Below, in pieces: positions 63,512 to 64,000 of a stretch of 64,000 bases of DNA. The notes below the pieces were generated by a model. That model saw only the letters and a list, made by a program, of their open reading frames with translations, was not told the DNA's origin and did no database searches. The stretch covers positions 216,101,198 through 216,165,197 of the forward strand of contig NC_133622.1 in the NCBI RefSeq assembly GCF_048593235.1, written 5' to 3'. This DNA is from Sminthopsis crassicaudata (taxonomy: Eukaryota). How positions within the stretch are numbered: the stretch's first letter is position 1; every line of letters starts with the position of its first letter. A program made the translations under genes and the position numbers.

Positions 63512-64000
63512 TTATACAAGGTGATTTTTTAGTAAGGGGGCACATGCAGTTGGAGAAGGGCAGAAAGGAATAAAAAAATAGCTTCATAAAGAAGGTGGAA
63601 TTTGAGTTGAGCTTTAAAAGAAGCTGGGAATCCTAACAGAAAGAGGTGAAGGACTGCATCCCCTGCATGGGGGATAGTCTGGGAAAGGCACAGAAATGGA
63701 AAAGGTATGAGTTATATGAGGTTGGTTTGCCTGAACTGCAGAGTAGATAGGGTCAGTAATGTGTAAAACAGGCTAAACAGATAGAGCCAAAGGCCTGATT
63801 TCAAATCTGGTCTCAGACGCTAACTGTGTGACCCTGGACAAGTCAGAAGCTCTTTTTGCCTTCGTCTATTAGAAAAGTAAATGACAAACTGTCCTGATAT
63901 CTTTGCCAAGTATAGTATAGACCCACAGGGTTAGGAAGAATCAGACACAGCTGAATGGCAAAATATATCTGTGCAATAATACACCTGGAAAGGTAGACTG

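Overview
Eukaryotic, AT-rich, repeat-dense mammalian DNA from a marsupial. WSINE1/Mar-type CORE-SINEs, RTE and an OC1-like hAT MITE suggest an Australian marsupial, possibly a dasyurid; the taxon is an inference. The window holds the 3' ends of two convergent genes in the known ANO3-SLC5A12 synteny. On the + strand are the last five coding exons of ANO3/TMEM16C (2645-19527). On the - strand are the last eight coding exons of SLC5A12/SMCT2 (62968 down to 45055). All exons have GT-AG boundaries and consistent phases, and both frames are intact to the stop. The rest is intron, UTR and intergenic DNA with L1, L2, RTE, CORE-SINE, DNA transposon and simple repeats, plus five N gaps. I found no support for a new multi-gene system. 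The most unusual items are local: (1) a 91%-identical copy of an ANO3 3' splice site and exon start inserted 2 kb downstream, flanked by 14-bp inverted repeats and splitting an L1 fragment; (2) an in-frame twin acceptor 36 nt upstream of the ANO3 Ca2+-site exon; (3) a readable fossil of a Dong/R4-clade retrotransposon; (4) an OC1-like MITE from a horizontally transferred family. Protein and repeat identities come from recalled sequences, not database searches. Repeat coordinates are approximate unless TSDs or TIRs are given.
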